From a bacterium (GTDB lineage: Bacteria > Patescibacteriota > Dojkabacteria > JAKAPS01 > JAJZLI01): 64,000 nt of DNA. The stretch lies in assembly GCA_027371855.1 (NCBI GenBank), contig DAHXLB010000032.1, positions 10,844 through 74,843 on the forward strand, read 5' to 3'. The notes below the pieces were generated by a model. It saw only the letters and a list, made by a program, of their open reading frames with translations. It made no database searches and was not told the origin of the DNA. Each line of letters starts with the position of its first letter. Within the stretch, counting starts at the first letter, position 1. Shown piece after piece: positions 8,959 to 18,175 of the stretch. Both the position numbers and the translations under genes were made by a program.

Positions 8959-9273
8959 TTAATCCAAGGATTTAATTTTAACCCTTATATCTTTTACCTT
9001 GATAGTTTTATCTTTATTATTAACAAGTATGGCATTAATACTATCTATTATTAAATTCTTTTGAAGAATAATTTCTTGAGCAATAACAGAACTTGGCGTT
9101 ACTATTATGATTTTACCTTTACGTATATATTTATATTCTAGATTGGGATTTTTATTATTAAGACCTAATTCTTTTTCAAATAAATCCATGAGTGTTTTTT
9201 CCACAGCATCTCTTAATTTTATACTTTTTTTTACAACAAGGATTTTTCTTTTAAAATTTATTTGCTCAAGCAT
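8959..9273 (-). CDS. hypothetical small protein
   Basis: 104-aa ORF convergent with dnaN, with no TM segment. A DUF721/DciA-like role is conceivable from its position but not supported by motifs. Confidence 0.35.
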   Translation of the reverse strand: MLEQINFKRKILVVKKSIKLRDAVEKTLMDLFEKELGLNNKNPNLEYKYIRKGKIIIVTPSSVIAQEIILQKNLIIDSINAILVNNKDKTIKVKDIRVKIKSLD

Positions 9274-9280
9274 TTAATGG

Positions 9281-9709
9281 TCAACCTATTTTTGATAATT
9301 CATCAATAAGATCTTTTGCTTTATTTATTTTTTTTGACTTTACACTTGAATATATATCCAAAATATCATCAGTATTAATACTTTTTGATCCAGCAAATTT
9401 TTTTATTTCATTTGATTCTAAGTCCACATTTATTACAGTTTTATTTATTACATTTAATGGTTTTATAACATACATAATATTTTTAGAAAGACAATTTTCA
9501 CACATCATATATATTATTGTAAGGTTTTCGTTTTTATCGATTATCTCTATACTCTCTTTGTCGTGTAGTGCACCACATTTATCACAGTATAAAGGTATTG
9601 ATCCTATAATATCATCTAATTTTAAGACATCTTTTTTTGAGATGGTTTCATTTTGCTCGGATTTTTTTGTTTTATTAATTTTTTCTTTCATACAATTATT
9701 ATACAACAT
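9281..9709 (-). CDS. hypothetical zinc-ribbon protein
   Basis: CDKC...x24...CENC four-Cys arrangement in a 142-aa protein. Confidence 0.4.
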   Translation of the reverse strand: MLYNNCMKEKINKTKKSEQNETISKKDVLKLDDIIGSIPLYCDKCGALHDKESIEIIDKNENLTIIYMMCENCLSKNIMYVIKPLNVINKTVINVDLESNEIKKFAGSKSINTDDILDIYSSVKSKKINKAKDLIDELSKIG

Positions 9710-9741
9710 TGTCTTCTAGTCTCAAAACAACCACAAAATAT

Positions 9742-10842
9742 CTAAGAGGAGTATTTTTTAGTCCTCATACTTATTGTAAAAATAAGGATAAATATTATAA
9801 GGGCAAATATTGCTAAGAATATAAGTTTATGGAAACCGGTTGCTATAAGAGCAATTATTCCTATAATTCCAGTGAAAGTATACTCAATAAGGGCTATTTT
9901 CTTTTGTGAATAACCAAGCTGTAACAACCTATGATGCAGATGCCTCTTGTCATTGATTTTCATTAAAGATAAAACCCCCTTAGGCCTCTCTTCTTTGATC
10001 CTTGTAAAAATGACCCACACAGCATCGATTATAGGGATAGATAACACCATAATAGTAGACCCTAATTTTGCTCCAGAATAAATAGCTAGTACTGCAATAA
10101 TAAAACCATAAACACTTTTTCCTGAAGATCCCGAGAATATTTTTGAAGGGTAGAAGTTAAAAAATAAGAACCCTAACATTAGTCCTGCAAAAATAAAACC
10201 CATAACTGCAGTATCGTAGGTTTGAAATCGTATAGAAACAAGGGCTATTATAATTACAGCAATAGAAACATTTCCTTCTGCGAGTCCATCTGTACCAGCC
10301 ATCCATTTTACTGCATTTATAATAAAAAGTATCCATATACAAGTAATTATGAATGATATTAGATATATTTTGGTACCTCCTACAGAGAATGGGATGAAGC
10401 TTAAAGAAGATATGCCCCCCAATGGTTTTGATACATAACTTATATCTATTCCTACCAGTGTTACACACAACGTTGCTATTATTTGCATTACAATTTGGAA
10501 TTTTGCAGATATATCATAAAAATCATCAATTATTCCTGTTATAACTAAAATCAAGATGCCTAAAATAAAGACCAATAGTTGTTTTGTTATTGGAACATTT
10601 ATCAAAGTTAATAGTACAAAAGGAAAAATAATTGCAGTTCCTCCAAGCTTTAATTTTTTAATGGCATGTATCCTTCTTGGTGCAGTAGGGTCAGTTCTTT
10701 CTGAAGGAGGATTGTCATAAACATGTAATTTTTCTGCAACCACCCTAACAATAGGAGTTAGAAAAAGTGAAATTAAAAAAGACTCTATAAAAAGGGGTAA
10801 ATAAATAAGGTATTTTAAATATTCAAAAGGTACAGATATCAT
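9742..10842 (-). CDS. glycosyltransferase family 4 polyprenyl-phosphate sugar-1-phosphate transferase (WecA/TagO/MraY family)
   Basis: About 10 TM helices, with the motif VKWMAGTDGLAEGN matching the DGLDGLA signature of MraY/WecA. At 366 aa and located outside any dcw cluster, it is more likely WecA-like than MraY. Confidence 0.6.
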   Translation of the reverse strand: MISVPFEYLKYLIYLPLFIESFLISLFLTPIVRVVAEKLHVYDNPPSERTDPTAPRRIHAIKKLKLGGTAIIFPFVLLTLINVPITKQLLVFILGILILVITGIIDDFYDISAKFQIVMQIIATLCVTLVGIDISYVSKPLGGISSLSFIPFSVGGTKIYLISFIITCIWILFIINAVKWMAGTDGLAEGNVSIAVIIIALVSIRFQTYDTAVMGFIFAGLMLGFLFFNFYPSKIFSGSSGKSVYGFIIAVLAIYSGAKLGSTIMVLSIPIIDAVWVIFTRIKEERPKGVLSLMKINDKRHLHHRLLQLGYSQKKIALIEYTFTGIIGIIALIATGFHKLIFLAIFALIIFILIFTISMRTKKYSS

Positions 10843-11327
10843 AGTGACATTTGCATAGTTTTATAAAAAGTTAAAAATAATAGAACACTAAATACCAAGT
10901 TTAATATGATAACAAGATATGCAATTTCTTTTATTCTATAATAAATTTTTAAATATATAAATATTGACACTAAGAAGAATAATATGTCGGCAAATATAAG
11001 AAAAAATAAAACATACTTAGATATTAGCTGTGGAACCCGATTAAAAAATAATACGGGAACCAAAGAGGGTACAGACAAAAAATATTTTACTATGAAAAAT
11101 AGCAAAAGCAAGATTATATAGAAGCTAACTATGCTATAAAATAGGAATAAAGGTCTTTTCCATAGTAAAAGCCTTTTTTGCACTCTAATACCTTCCTTTA
11201 TTTTTGAACCTAGGGACCCTGATCTTGGGTACCCGTATTTTAGGGATGTAAAAATATTATCTTTCACATTCCCAACCTCTAGTGGTATGGCCCCATATGA
11301 AGAATTTTGGTTTTTATTATCTTCCAT
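10839..11327 (-). CDS. hypothetical 4-TM membrane protein
   Basis: Hydrophobic helices. It overlaps the upstream gene by 4 bp, so it is co-transcribed. Confidence 0.4.
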   Translation of the reverse strand: MEDNKNQNSSYGAIPLEVGNVKDNIFTSLKYGYPRSGSLGSKIKEGIRVQKRLLLWKRPLFLFYSIVSFYIILLLLFFIVKYFLSVPSLVPVLFFNRVPQLISKYVLFFLIFADILFFLVSIFIYLKIYYRIKEIAYLVIILNLVFSVLLFLTFYKTMQMSL

Positions 11328-11349
11328 AATGATTTGAGTATATCATAAG

Positions 11350-13449
11350 CTACTTTATAAGAAGGTTTATATACTGATACTTAGGGTTTGTTATATACAA
11401 GTTAAGGGTGTTATTTTTTATGTCTTGTCCAACAGTTTTAATTATAACAACTTTTTCTGTTTCATTGGAGTTTGTATATGCGCCAACAATGTTTTGTCCT
11501 AGAGGGGTAAGGTTATTTTGTGCATTTTTTGTTATGTATATAACGCCGGTATTATTTACTTTAAATGCTCTGTTAACGAGATTTGATATATTTGTTGATG
11601 TTACAGCTAAAGATGCACTTTTTGGTATTTGATTTAAATCACCTGCATTGTTTGGATTTATAACACTCATAATCTTTCCATCAGAAATTGTTACATACAC
11701 ATATTTTGTAATATTCCCTTGTATGTTAGACAGTGAGTTATTGTTAAGATAAATAAGAGTATAGGATTTACCCCCAGACAAGAGAGCGTAGTATGTTTGA
11801 GCCCTATTTTGGATATTTAAAAAACTGCTGTTTGCAAAACTAATTTCCAAAGACAGTCTTTGATACAAAGCAGACATTAACGAATGAGGACTTAACTCTA
11901 ATGCTGCAGTCTTTGCCTGCATTGATCCAAAAGAAGGAGAAGAGAGTGTCTGCATGTTTGAAATGAAGGCAGAATTTGTAGTAGTTAAATTTAGGGTATT
12001 TATAGAATTTATACTTTTAGTTGCATTTATTAAATAATACATAGCATTATTAAGGTTTAAAGCAGAAAGGGTCGTTTGTTTGGTAGGGGTAAAAAGACCA
12101 AATATTGACAATACTGGAGCATACATCCCAACATACGTTTTAAGAGTAGATATGTTGGATTGGGCATTTTTGTTATATAACAATGCTTCGCTGTATTGTC
12201 TAGAAGATAAATATTGTTGTTGTAGGGAAAGATTTGACAAAAGAGATTCATAGTTTATATAGGAATCTATTAATGGTGCAAGAATAAAAATAACGATAAG
12301 TATTACTATTAGGTATTTTAGGCCCTTCTTCTTTCTCCTTGTTTTTGTTAATTGTTTTTTTCTCTCTGGAGTAAACACTCCTTGATTAATATATTCGTTT
12401 TTTAAATATTGCTCCTTTATTTTATCAAAGTTAGAAAGATTAACTTTTTTAAAGGATCTGGATCCGAATGGATTTTTTACCTCTTCGTTTTTTGGAATAA
12501 CAGGTGCAGAATTTTCATCTTTAAATATAGAGGTAGGAACAATTTTACTAGTTACTTTTTCTCTTACGGTTTTTATTATTCCGTTCTCGAAACTAGTGTC
12601 GGGGGTCCAAGAGTCAAGGTTTCCAATGGTTGTTTTTATTCTATCCTCGGGCATATTTAACTCTTGGTCATTTTTTTCTTCTTCTTCAACTTTAAATCCG
12701 GTAAGGTCTGAAATTCTAAATGCCAGAGAAATATTAGACACATCTTCCTTGTTTGAAATCTTATATTCGCCCTCAAGGTCAGAGAACAAAACTTTAATAA
12801 TTGCATTCACAGCATCATCTTCGTACAAATAGTGGTAAAATCTATTTCTATTTTTAACTTTTATGATTTTATCTTCATCTATGCTTTTCAATATTGAATT
12901 TATAGGATTATTCAAAAATGCATCCATTGTTTCCCCGTAAACTTCCCCCATCTCTACAAGGCTACCAGTGGCGAGAGTTCCATTTCCCTCCCGCATTTCT
13001 TTTCTAGTTTTTGTTTTCAAACCTTCCTCTACTTCGTTAAATTGTTCATCGTCTGTTTTATTTATATTTGTAACAACTAAATACCTGCTATGGTTTTTTA
13101 GGGCTATCTCAAAAAATAGATCTATGTTTTTAAGTATTCTTGCTGGAGTTATTCCATAAATGCTATTAAACCCTCCAAAAAAAATTGCAAAATTTATTTC
13201 CTCTAGTATTTCTACTAAGTCTGAGTTAGATGCTATGTCTAGTATTTTTATTTCTCCTTTACTATGTTTATCTTTTATTAGTTTTAATTTTCTTACGCTC
13301 TCTGAGTTGTTTTTTGAAAATTCGTCTAATATTATTACATTGCCTCCTTCTTCTACTATATTTTCGGCCAATTTAATTGCGCAAAAATTTCCGCCATTGA
13401 ATATCAGCGTGGTAGGAAGTTTTTTTGCAAATGTAATTTTTGTAGTCAT
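11350..13449 (-). CDS. large membrane-anchored protein with a cytoplasmic Rossmann-like N-domain and an S/T/N-rich extracellular C-domain
   Basis: 699 aa. The N-terminus has IFNGGNFCAIKLAENIVEEGGNVIILDE, which is possibly NAD(P)-binding-like, though only weakly. A single TM (LKYLIVILIVIFILAPL) occurs around aa 375, followed by a long low-complexity ectodomain. Confidence 0.45.
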   Translation of the reverse strand: MTTKITFAKKLPTTLIFNGGNFCAIKLAENIVEEGGNVIILDEFSKNNSESVRKLKLIKDKHSKGEIKILDIASNSDLVEILEEINFAIFFGGFNSIYGITPARILKNIDLFFEIALKNHSRYLVVTNINKTDDEQFNEVEEGLKTKTRKEMREGNGTLATGSLVEMGEVYGETMDAFLNNPINSILKSIDEDKIIKVKNRNRFYHYLYEDDAVNAIIKVLFSDLEGEYKISNKEDVSNISLAFRISDLTGFKVEEEEKNDQELNMPEDRIKTTIGNLDSWTPDTSFENGIIKTVREKVTSKIVPTSIFKDENSAPVIPKNEEVKNPFGSRSFKKVNLSNFDKIKEQYLKNEYINQGVFTPERKKQLTKTRRKKKGLKYLIVILIVIFILAPLIDSYINYESLLSNLSLQQQYLSSRQYSEALLYNKNAQSNISTLKTYVGMYAPVLSIFGLFTPTKQTTLSALNLNNAMYYLINATKSINSINTLNLTTTNSAFISNMQTLSSPSFGSMQAKTAALELSPHSLMSALYQRLSLEISFANSSFLNIQNRAQTYYALLSGGKSYTLIYLNNNSLSNIQGNITKYVYVTISDGKIMSVINPNNAGDLNQIPKSASLAVTSTNISNLVNRAFKVNNTGVIYITKNAQNNLTPLGQNIVGAYTNSNETEKVVIIKTVGQDIKNNTLNLYITNPKYQYINLLIK

Positions 13450-13462
13450 AATTATGAATTTG

Positions 13463-13511
13463 TAGATGTTAACCTCCCAGAGGCTGACCTCCAGAGGTTG
13501 GTCTCCAGAGG
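13463..13511. repeat. GC-rich tandem array of four ~14-15 bp CCTC(C)NGAGG hairpin units
   Basis: AACCTCCCAGAGGCTG ACCTCCAGAGGTTG GTCTCCAGAGGCTAG CCTCCCGAGGCCAG. Each unit carries inverted CCTC/GAGG arms. The array sits between the stop of 13512..14132 and the start of 11350..13449. Confidence 0.7.
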
Positions 13512-14132
13512 CTAGCCTCCCGAGGCCAGTCTTAAAGGTATTTCAAAAAGTTGAACCTTAACATAAACATCATACCCTTCTTTGAGATTAACTTCTATAC
13601 TCTTTTGAATATACCCTGGAGAGGCCAATGTTATATTATAAGCTCCAGGAGGTAATATTTTTTCTAGGAAAGAAGAGGTTTTTATATATTTTTTATTAAT
13701 AAAAATTTCAGACTTTGTATTCACACTAAGATTTATTGAGGATGAACTAGAAAAGTTATTTTTAAAATAGAATATTGCACCAGAAGAAAAATTTGATGAA
13801 GGACCCATGTTCCATTCAATTATTGTCGCGTTGTTCCCTTCAAAAGGGATTGTCTCTAGAAATGGAGAGTAAAAATTTGAGGTAGATGCTAATCTTATTA
13901 TTTTTACAGAGTGTACCCCAGAACTTATATTGTGTACGGACAAAGGAGTTGTTCCATAATATTTGTTGTCAATATATACTTTTCCTTCTCCGCTTTTCAG
14001 GGTTACCACCAAAGAAGAAGTTCCTCCTTTTCGGTATATATTAAATATTTGTTTTGTTACTGTTGGCTCAATTATTATAACAATTAGGGCCAAAAGGAGG
14101 ACTAACATTATTTCGGGCAGTTTTCTTTTCAT
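13512..14132 (-). CDS. PEGA-domain secreted/anchored protein
   Basis: N-terminal TM/signal (IMLVLLLALIVIIIEP). Two PEGA-like segments: GKVYIDNKYYGTTPLSVHNISSGVHSVKI and SEIFINKKYIKTSSFLEKILPPGAYNITLASPGYIQKSIEV. Confidence 0.5.
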   Translation of the reverse strand: MKRKLPEIMLVLLLALIVIIIEPTVTKQIFNIYRKGGTSSLVVTLKSGEGKVYIDNKYYGTTPLSVHNISSGVHSVKIIRLASTSNFYSPFLETIPFEGNNATIIEWNMGPSSNFSSGAIFYFKNNFSSSSSINLSVNTKSEIFINKKYIKTSSFLEKILPPGAYNITLASPGYIQKSIEVNLKEGYDVYVKVQLFEIPLRLASGG

Positions 14133-14162
14133 TTGTCTAAATTATACTTTCTCTTTAGGTTC

Positions 14163-14219
14163 TTGACAAGACGTAGGAGGAGTGATAAGATATTGGCAGT
14201 TAATATTAAGCTTTGCTAA
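14163..14219 (+). promoter_or_regulatory. hrcA promoter (TTGACA-N17-TAAGAT) followed by a CIRCE-like 9-N9-9 inverted repeat
   Basis: TTGACA at 14163-14168 and TAAGAT at 14186-14191. TTGGCAGTT-AATATTAAG-CTTTGCTAA at 14193-14219, compared with the CIRCE consensus TTAGCACTC-N9-GAGTGCTAA. The arms are partially complementary (TTGGCA/TGCTAA) with an exact 9-nt spacer. The motif ends 7 bp before the hrcA ATG. Confidence 0.5.
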
Positions 14220-14225
14220 AAACAT

Positions 14226-14948
14226 ATGACTCCAAGGCAAGAAAGAATATTGGAATGTATAATCTTGGAGTTTATGCAGACAGCACAAGCCGTAGGATCG
14301 GTTTCTGTTGCAGATAAGTATAATATAAAAGCTTCTCCTGCAACTATTAGGAATGAAATGGCCGACCTTATAGGGCTTGGGTTCATTGAAAAAGAACATT
14401 TTTCTGCTGGTAGAGTTCCTACTTCCGTAGGATTTCGATACTACATAGAACATATGTTAAAAGAAGACGAAATGGGCTATGTGCAGGAGATGAATATAAA
14501 GGAAGGCTTCCATGATGCTAGATTTCAAAGAGACAAACTTTTAAGGACTGCGGTGGAAACGTTGTCTTCAAGTCTGAAATATGCAGCAGTGGCTCTGTTT
14601 GAGGATGCACTTTTTTACTCAGGTATTTCCGAAATTTTGGATTATCCTGAATTTGAAGATATCTCTGTTTTAAAAAATGTTGTTTCAGTGTTAGAGAATT
14701 ATAATATCTTGGAGTCTATTTTTGAAAAAGGGGTCGCATATGAGGCAGACGTGAAGGTTTTAATAGGAGAGGAATCTGGATTTAATAGTTTTAAAAATTC
14801 AGCAATTGTCTTCTCTGGGTTTAGACTTCACAGAGGAGAGCAGGGGTACATAGCAGTGATAGGGCCTTATAGGATGGATTACAAAAGGGTGTTTCCTGTT
14901 TTAAGATTTGTTACTGATTCCCTAGAAGAAGTAACCGCAGGATGGTAA
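14226..14948 (+). CDS. hrcA: heat-inducible transcription repressor HrcA (short form)
   Basis: N-terminal winged helix RQERILECIILEFMQTAQAVGSVSVADKY...SPATIRNEMADLIGLGFIEKEHFSAGRVPTSVGFRYY matches the HrcA family. It sits directly upstream of grpE-dnaK. At 240 aa it is shorter than the typical ~340 aa. Confidence 0.75.
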   Translation: MTPRQERILECIILEFMQTAQAVGSVSVADKYNIKASPATIRNEMADLIGLGFIEKEHFSAGRVPTSVGFRYYIEHMLKEDEMGYVQEMNIKEGFHDARFQRDKLLRTAVETLSSSLKYAAVALFEDALFYSGISEILDYPEFEDISVLKNVVSVLENYNILESIFEKGVAYEADVKVLIGEESGFNSFKNSAIVFSGFRLHRGEQGYIAVIGPYRMDYKRVFPVLRFVTDSLEEVTAGW

Positions 14949-15034
14949 CCGTCTAGACGGGGACCTTTCAGGCGGAGGGCATCTTGGTGGTAATAAAAAA
15001 TTAATTTAAACATAAAATTTTAATAAAAAACATT

Positions 15035-15634
15035 ATGACAGAGAAAAAACAAAAAAAAGACCTAGGTCAAAAAGATTTAGATCCAAAGGGTCTGGACCCA
15101 AAAGTAGGAGATGTAACAGAAGAAGTTCTTGAGGAGATTGACAAAAGAGATGGAGAAATAAAATCTTTAAAAGAGGAACTGGAAAAAACAACAAATTTAC
15201 TAAAGAGTGCATTGTCTGATTATCAGAATTTAAAAAAGAGAACGGAAACGGAGAAGGATAATATGGTTGGGATAACGAATAGTTTGCTACTTCGTCAATT
15301 TTTAGAAATATCTGATGATATTTATACATACATTTCTCATCTTGAAAAGAGTGAGAAAGATGGGAATGAAAAAGTTAGTATCTCTGAAATAAAAAATGGA
15401 ATAAAGCTTATTTTTGATAAATGTAATGATATTGTCAAAAGTCAGGGGGCTCAGATTATGGAAGTTGCAGAAGGAGATACGTTCTCTCCTTTGCATCATG
15501 AAGTAATAGGGACAGTAAATGTTGAAGACCCAGAGAAAGAGAACAAGGTAATCCAAGTAGTAAGGGTTGGGTATGAGCAGAACGGAAAAGTTATAAGGGC
15601 AGCAAGAATAATTGTTGGAAAAAAAGAATCTTGA
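15035..15634 (+). CDS. grpE: nucleotide exchange factor GrpE
   Basis: Coiled-coil N-terminus and a GrpE C-terminal beta domain (VIQVVRVGYEQNGKVIRAARIIVGK). Position is hrcA-grpE-dnaK. The N-terminal KDLGQKDLDPKGLDPK is encoded by palindromic mini-repeats. Confidence 0.85.
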   Translation: MTEKKQKKDLGQKDLDPKGLDPKVGDVTEEVLEEIDKRDGEIKSLKEELEKTTNLLKSALSDYQNLKKRTETEKDNMVGITNSLLLRQFLEISDDIYTYISHLEKSEKDGNEKVSISEIKNGIKLIFDKCNDIVKSQGAQIMEVAEGDTFSPLHHEVIGTVNVEDPEKENKVIQVVRVGYEQNGKVIRAARIIVGKKES

Positions 15635-15692
15635 TTCAAGAATCTTGATTCAAGAATCTTGATTTAGAAATTAGTTTAGAAATTTAATTTAG
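15624..15692. repeat. tandem 14-bp palindromic repeat (AAGAATCTTGATTC x3) followed by a TTTAGAAATT(A) x3 repeat
   Basis: AAGAATCTTGATTCAAGAATCTTGATTCAAGAATCTTGATTTAG AAATTAGTTTAGAAATTTAATTTAG. It overlaps the grpE stop and lies upstream of dnaK. Confidence 0.7.
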
Positions 15693-15705
15693 TTAATATA
15701 TCGTT

Positions 15706-17676
15706 ATGGCAAAAATATTAGGAATAGATTTAGGGACAACAAATTCAGCAATGGCTGTTATGGAAGGAGGGACACCTACTATAATAGAAAATAGCGAGGG
15801 TGCACGTACAACCCCTTCTGTTATAGCAATATTAAATGATAAATCTAGGGCAGTAGGTGTTACGGCAAAAAATCAGATGGTTCTAAATCCGAAGAATACT
15901 TTTTATTCTATAAAAAGACTTATAGGAAGAACATTTGACGACCCAGAGGTTCAGAGAGATGTAAAATTACTCCCATTTGAGATAAGAAAATCCGGAGGTG
16001 GAGGGATAGAAATTAAATTTGGAGATGAATGGTTGGCTCCAGAGGCAATTTCAGCAATGGTTTTGTCTAAACTAAAACAGGACGCAGAAAGTTTTCTTGG
16101 AGAAAAAATAACAGAAGCTGTAATTACAGTTCCTGCATACTTTGACGATTCTCAAAGGCAGGCAACCAAAAATGCCGGCAAAATAGCAGGCTTGGATGTA
16201 AAGAGAATAGTAAATGAACCTACTGCCGCAGCATTAGCTTATGGTTTTGATAAAAAAGGGGAACAGACAATTGCAGTATATGACCTTGGTGGAGGAACTT
16301 TTGATATTTCAATATTAGAACTTGGAGATGGAGTTTTTGAGGTTATATCAACGAATGGGGATACCCATCTTGGAGGAGATGATTTTGACAGAAAAATAAT
16401 TGATTACTTGGCTGAAGATTTTAAAAAAACTAACGGCGTTGATCTAAGGAAAGACTCTTCTGCGCTACAAAGACTTAAAGAGGCTGCTGAAAAAGCAAAG
16501 ATAGAACTTTCTTCTACGGCTCAAACACAAATAAATATTCCTTTCATAACCGCAGACGCATCTGGCCCAAAACATTTAAACATAACTATGACAAGAGCTC
16601 AGCTTGAGAATCTGGTGGGCGACTTAGTAAAAGAAACTATGGAGCCAGTAAAAAAAGCCTTGGCTGATGCAAAAAAGACTCCTTCTGACATTGATGAAAT
16701 TATTCTTGTAGGAGGGATGACTAGAATGCCAGCGATAGTTGATGCAGTAAAAGAATTTTTTAAGAAGGAGCCAAATAAAAGCGTGAACCCAGACGAAGTT
16801 GTTGCTGTTGGAGCAGCAGTTCAAGCTGGAGTCCTAGCAGGAGATGTTAGAGATGTAACATTACTTGACGTAACACCCCTATCTTTAGGACTTGAAACGT
16901 TGGGAGGTGTATCCACAAGACTTATAGAAAGGAATTCTACAATCCCTATTCAAAAAAAACAGGTATTTACTACTGCCGCAGATAGCCAGACTTCCGTTGA
17001 GATACATATATTGCAAGGAGAAAGGGAGATGGCAGCAGATAACAAAACATTGGGGAGATTTATTCTTGACGGTATTGCTCCCGCTCCAAGAGGTATTCCT
17101 CAAGTAGAGGTGGCCTTTGATATAGATGCAAACGGTATATTAAAAGTATATGCTTCTGATAAGGCTACTGGTAAAAGTCAGCATATTACTGTAACGGCAA
17201 ATACTGCTTTATCAGACGAAGAGGTTGAGAAACTCCTTAAAGAAGCAAAGGAACATGAAGAAGAAGACAGGGCAAAGAAAGAGGGTGTTGAGATTAAAAA
17301 TACTGCAGAAACGGTAATATTTTCATCTGAAAAATTTGTAGATGAAAACAAAGATAAAATTCCGGAAGATAAAAAAACTCAACTAGCCGATAAAATTGCA
17401 AATCTAAAAGAAGTTTCTTCAAAAGAACCGGTGTCAAAGGAAGAAATTCAAACTGCAATAAATGAGCTTGAAACTTTGATGCAAGAGATTGGAAGTTCTA
17501 TGTATCAACAGTCTGAGCCTCAAGGAGGAGAGCCTCAAGGAGGCGAACCACAGGGTGGAGAGCATCAGGAAGGTGACCCAGAATCAGGATCTTCAGAAGG
17601 GGGGCAAACTCCGGGGGAGCAAACTCCACCAGAAGATGGAGGAGAACCTGTTGCTAAAGAAGGAGAGGTGCTTTAG
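15706..17676 (+). CDS. dnaK: molecular chaperone DnaK (Hsp70)
   Basis: [26 protein letters not shown] and the full Hsp70 architecture are present. The C-terminal tail carries EPQGG pentapeptide repeats. Confidence 0.97.
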   Translation: MAKILGIDLGTTNSAMAVMEGGTPTIIENSEGARTTPSVIAILNDKSRAVGVTAKNQMVLNPKNTFYSIKRLIGRTFDDPEVQRDVKLLPFEIRKSGGGGIEIKFGDEWLAPEAISAMVLSKLKQDAESFLGEKITEAVITVPAYFDDSQRQATKNAGKIAGLDVKRIVNEPTAAALAYGFDKKGEQTIAVYDLGGGTFDISILELGDGVFEVISTNGDTHLGGDDFDRKIIDYLAEDFKKTNGVDLRKDSSALQRLKEAAEKAKIELSSTAQTQINIPFITADASGPKHLNITMTRAQLENLVGDLVKETMEPVKKALADAKKTPSDIDEIILVGGMTRMPAIVDAVKEFFKKEPNKSVNPDEVVAVGAAVQAGVLAGDVRDVTLLDVTPLSLGLETLGGVSTRLIERNSTIPIQKKQVFTTAADSQTSVEIHILQGEREMAADNKTLGRFILDGIAPAPRGIPQVEVAFDIDANGILKVYASDKATGKSQHITVTANTALSDEEVEKLLKEAKEHEEEDRAKKEGVEIKNTAETVIFSSEKFVDENKDKIPEDKKTQLADKIANLKEVSSKEPVSKEEIQTAINELETLMQEIGSSMYQQSEPQGGEPQGGEPQGGEHQEGDPESGSSEGGQTPGEQTPPEDGGEPVAKEGEVL

Positions 17677-17692
17677 GAAAATAGGAAAATAA

Positions 17693-17722
17693 AAAAAGGG
17701 GGAATAAACTCCCCCTTTTTAG
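17693..17722. terminator. rho-independent terminator, candidate bidirectional
   Basis: AAAAAAAGGGGGAATAAACTCCCCCTTTTT has a G5/C5 stem with flanking A-run and T-run. It lies between convergent dnaK and 17733..17948. Confidence 0.75.
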
Positions 17723-17732
17723 GTCTTGGTAG

Positions 17733-17948
17733 TTATAAGGACTCTCTTTTTAAAAATGCATTGAGTTTTATCGCCACATTTTCTGTTAGAGGTTTAACTT
17801 TTTTTGTATTTTTTTGCTGTATAACCATTACAGAGAATTGATCATCTTCAAATGATAACAAAGATAGATCGTTTACAAAATTATCTTTTTCATTTTCGGG
17901 CATTACATCTTCTAGTCCTAATTGTGAAATTATATTTTTATCTCTCAT
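17733..17948 (-). CDS. hypothetical small acidic protein
   Basis: 71-aa ORF with no motifs. It is the only candidate coding sequence in this gap. Confidence 0.3.
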   Translation of the reverse strand: MRDKNIISQLGLEDVMPENEKDNFVNDLSLLSFEDDQFSVMVIQQKNTKKVKPLTENVAIKLNAFLKRESL

Positions 17949-18175
17949 TGAATCAAGATCCTATTAATTTATAAAATAAATGCAATATTATCTATGTTAA
18001 TTATATAACATTAAAGTTACATTATATAATATACTAATAAACAAATGTTACACAATGAGTATATTAGAATTCATTAGTATTAACAACCTTTAGCAAAATC
18101 ACCTAAGGGTTATATAATTGAGTGTTATGCATATAATCATTTGCAATAGACACATTTAAGGGGTATAGTTATAAC

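Noticed and set aside
12057-13465. Cluster of small ORFs (12057..12251-, 12409..12660+, 12596..12832+, 12968..13159+, 13160..13465+) within 11350..13449
   Set aside because: All are nested in or antisense to the 699-aa ORF and show low-complexity S/F/I-rich composition. They are treated as non-coding shadows.
14142-14453. 103-aa minus-strand ORF overlapping the hrcA start
   Set aside because: It overlaps the hrcA promoter, CIRCE element and N-terminus. hrcA is supported by motifs and operon context.
13463-15692. Possibility that the short tandem palindromic arrays are CRISPR arrays
   Set aside because: The units are 12-15 bp with no unique spacers of 25-40 bp and only three or four copies. 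No cas genes are present. They are better explained as REP/RPE-like palindromic elements.
15033-17692. Antisense or overlapping small ORFs in grpE and dnaK (15033..15329-, 15302..15556-, 16624..16824-, 16885..17103-, 17489..17692+)
   Set aside because: They are contained within strongly supported chaperone genes. The 17489 ORF is an alternative frame over the repetitive EPQGG tail.
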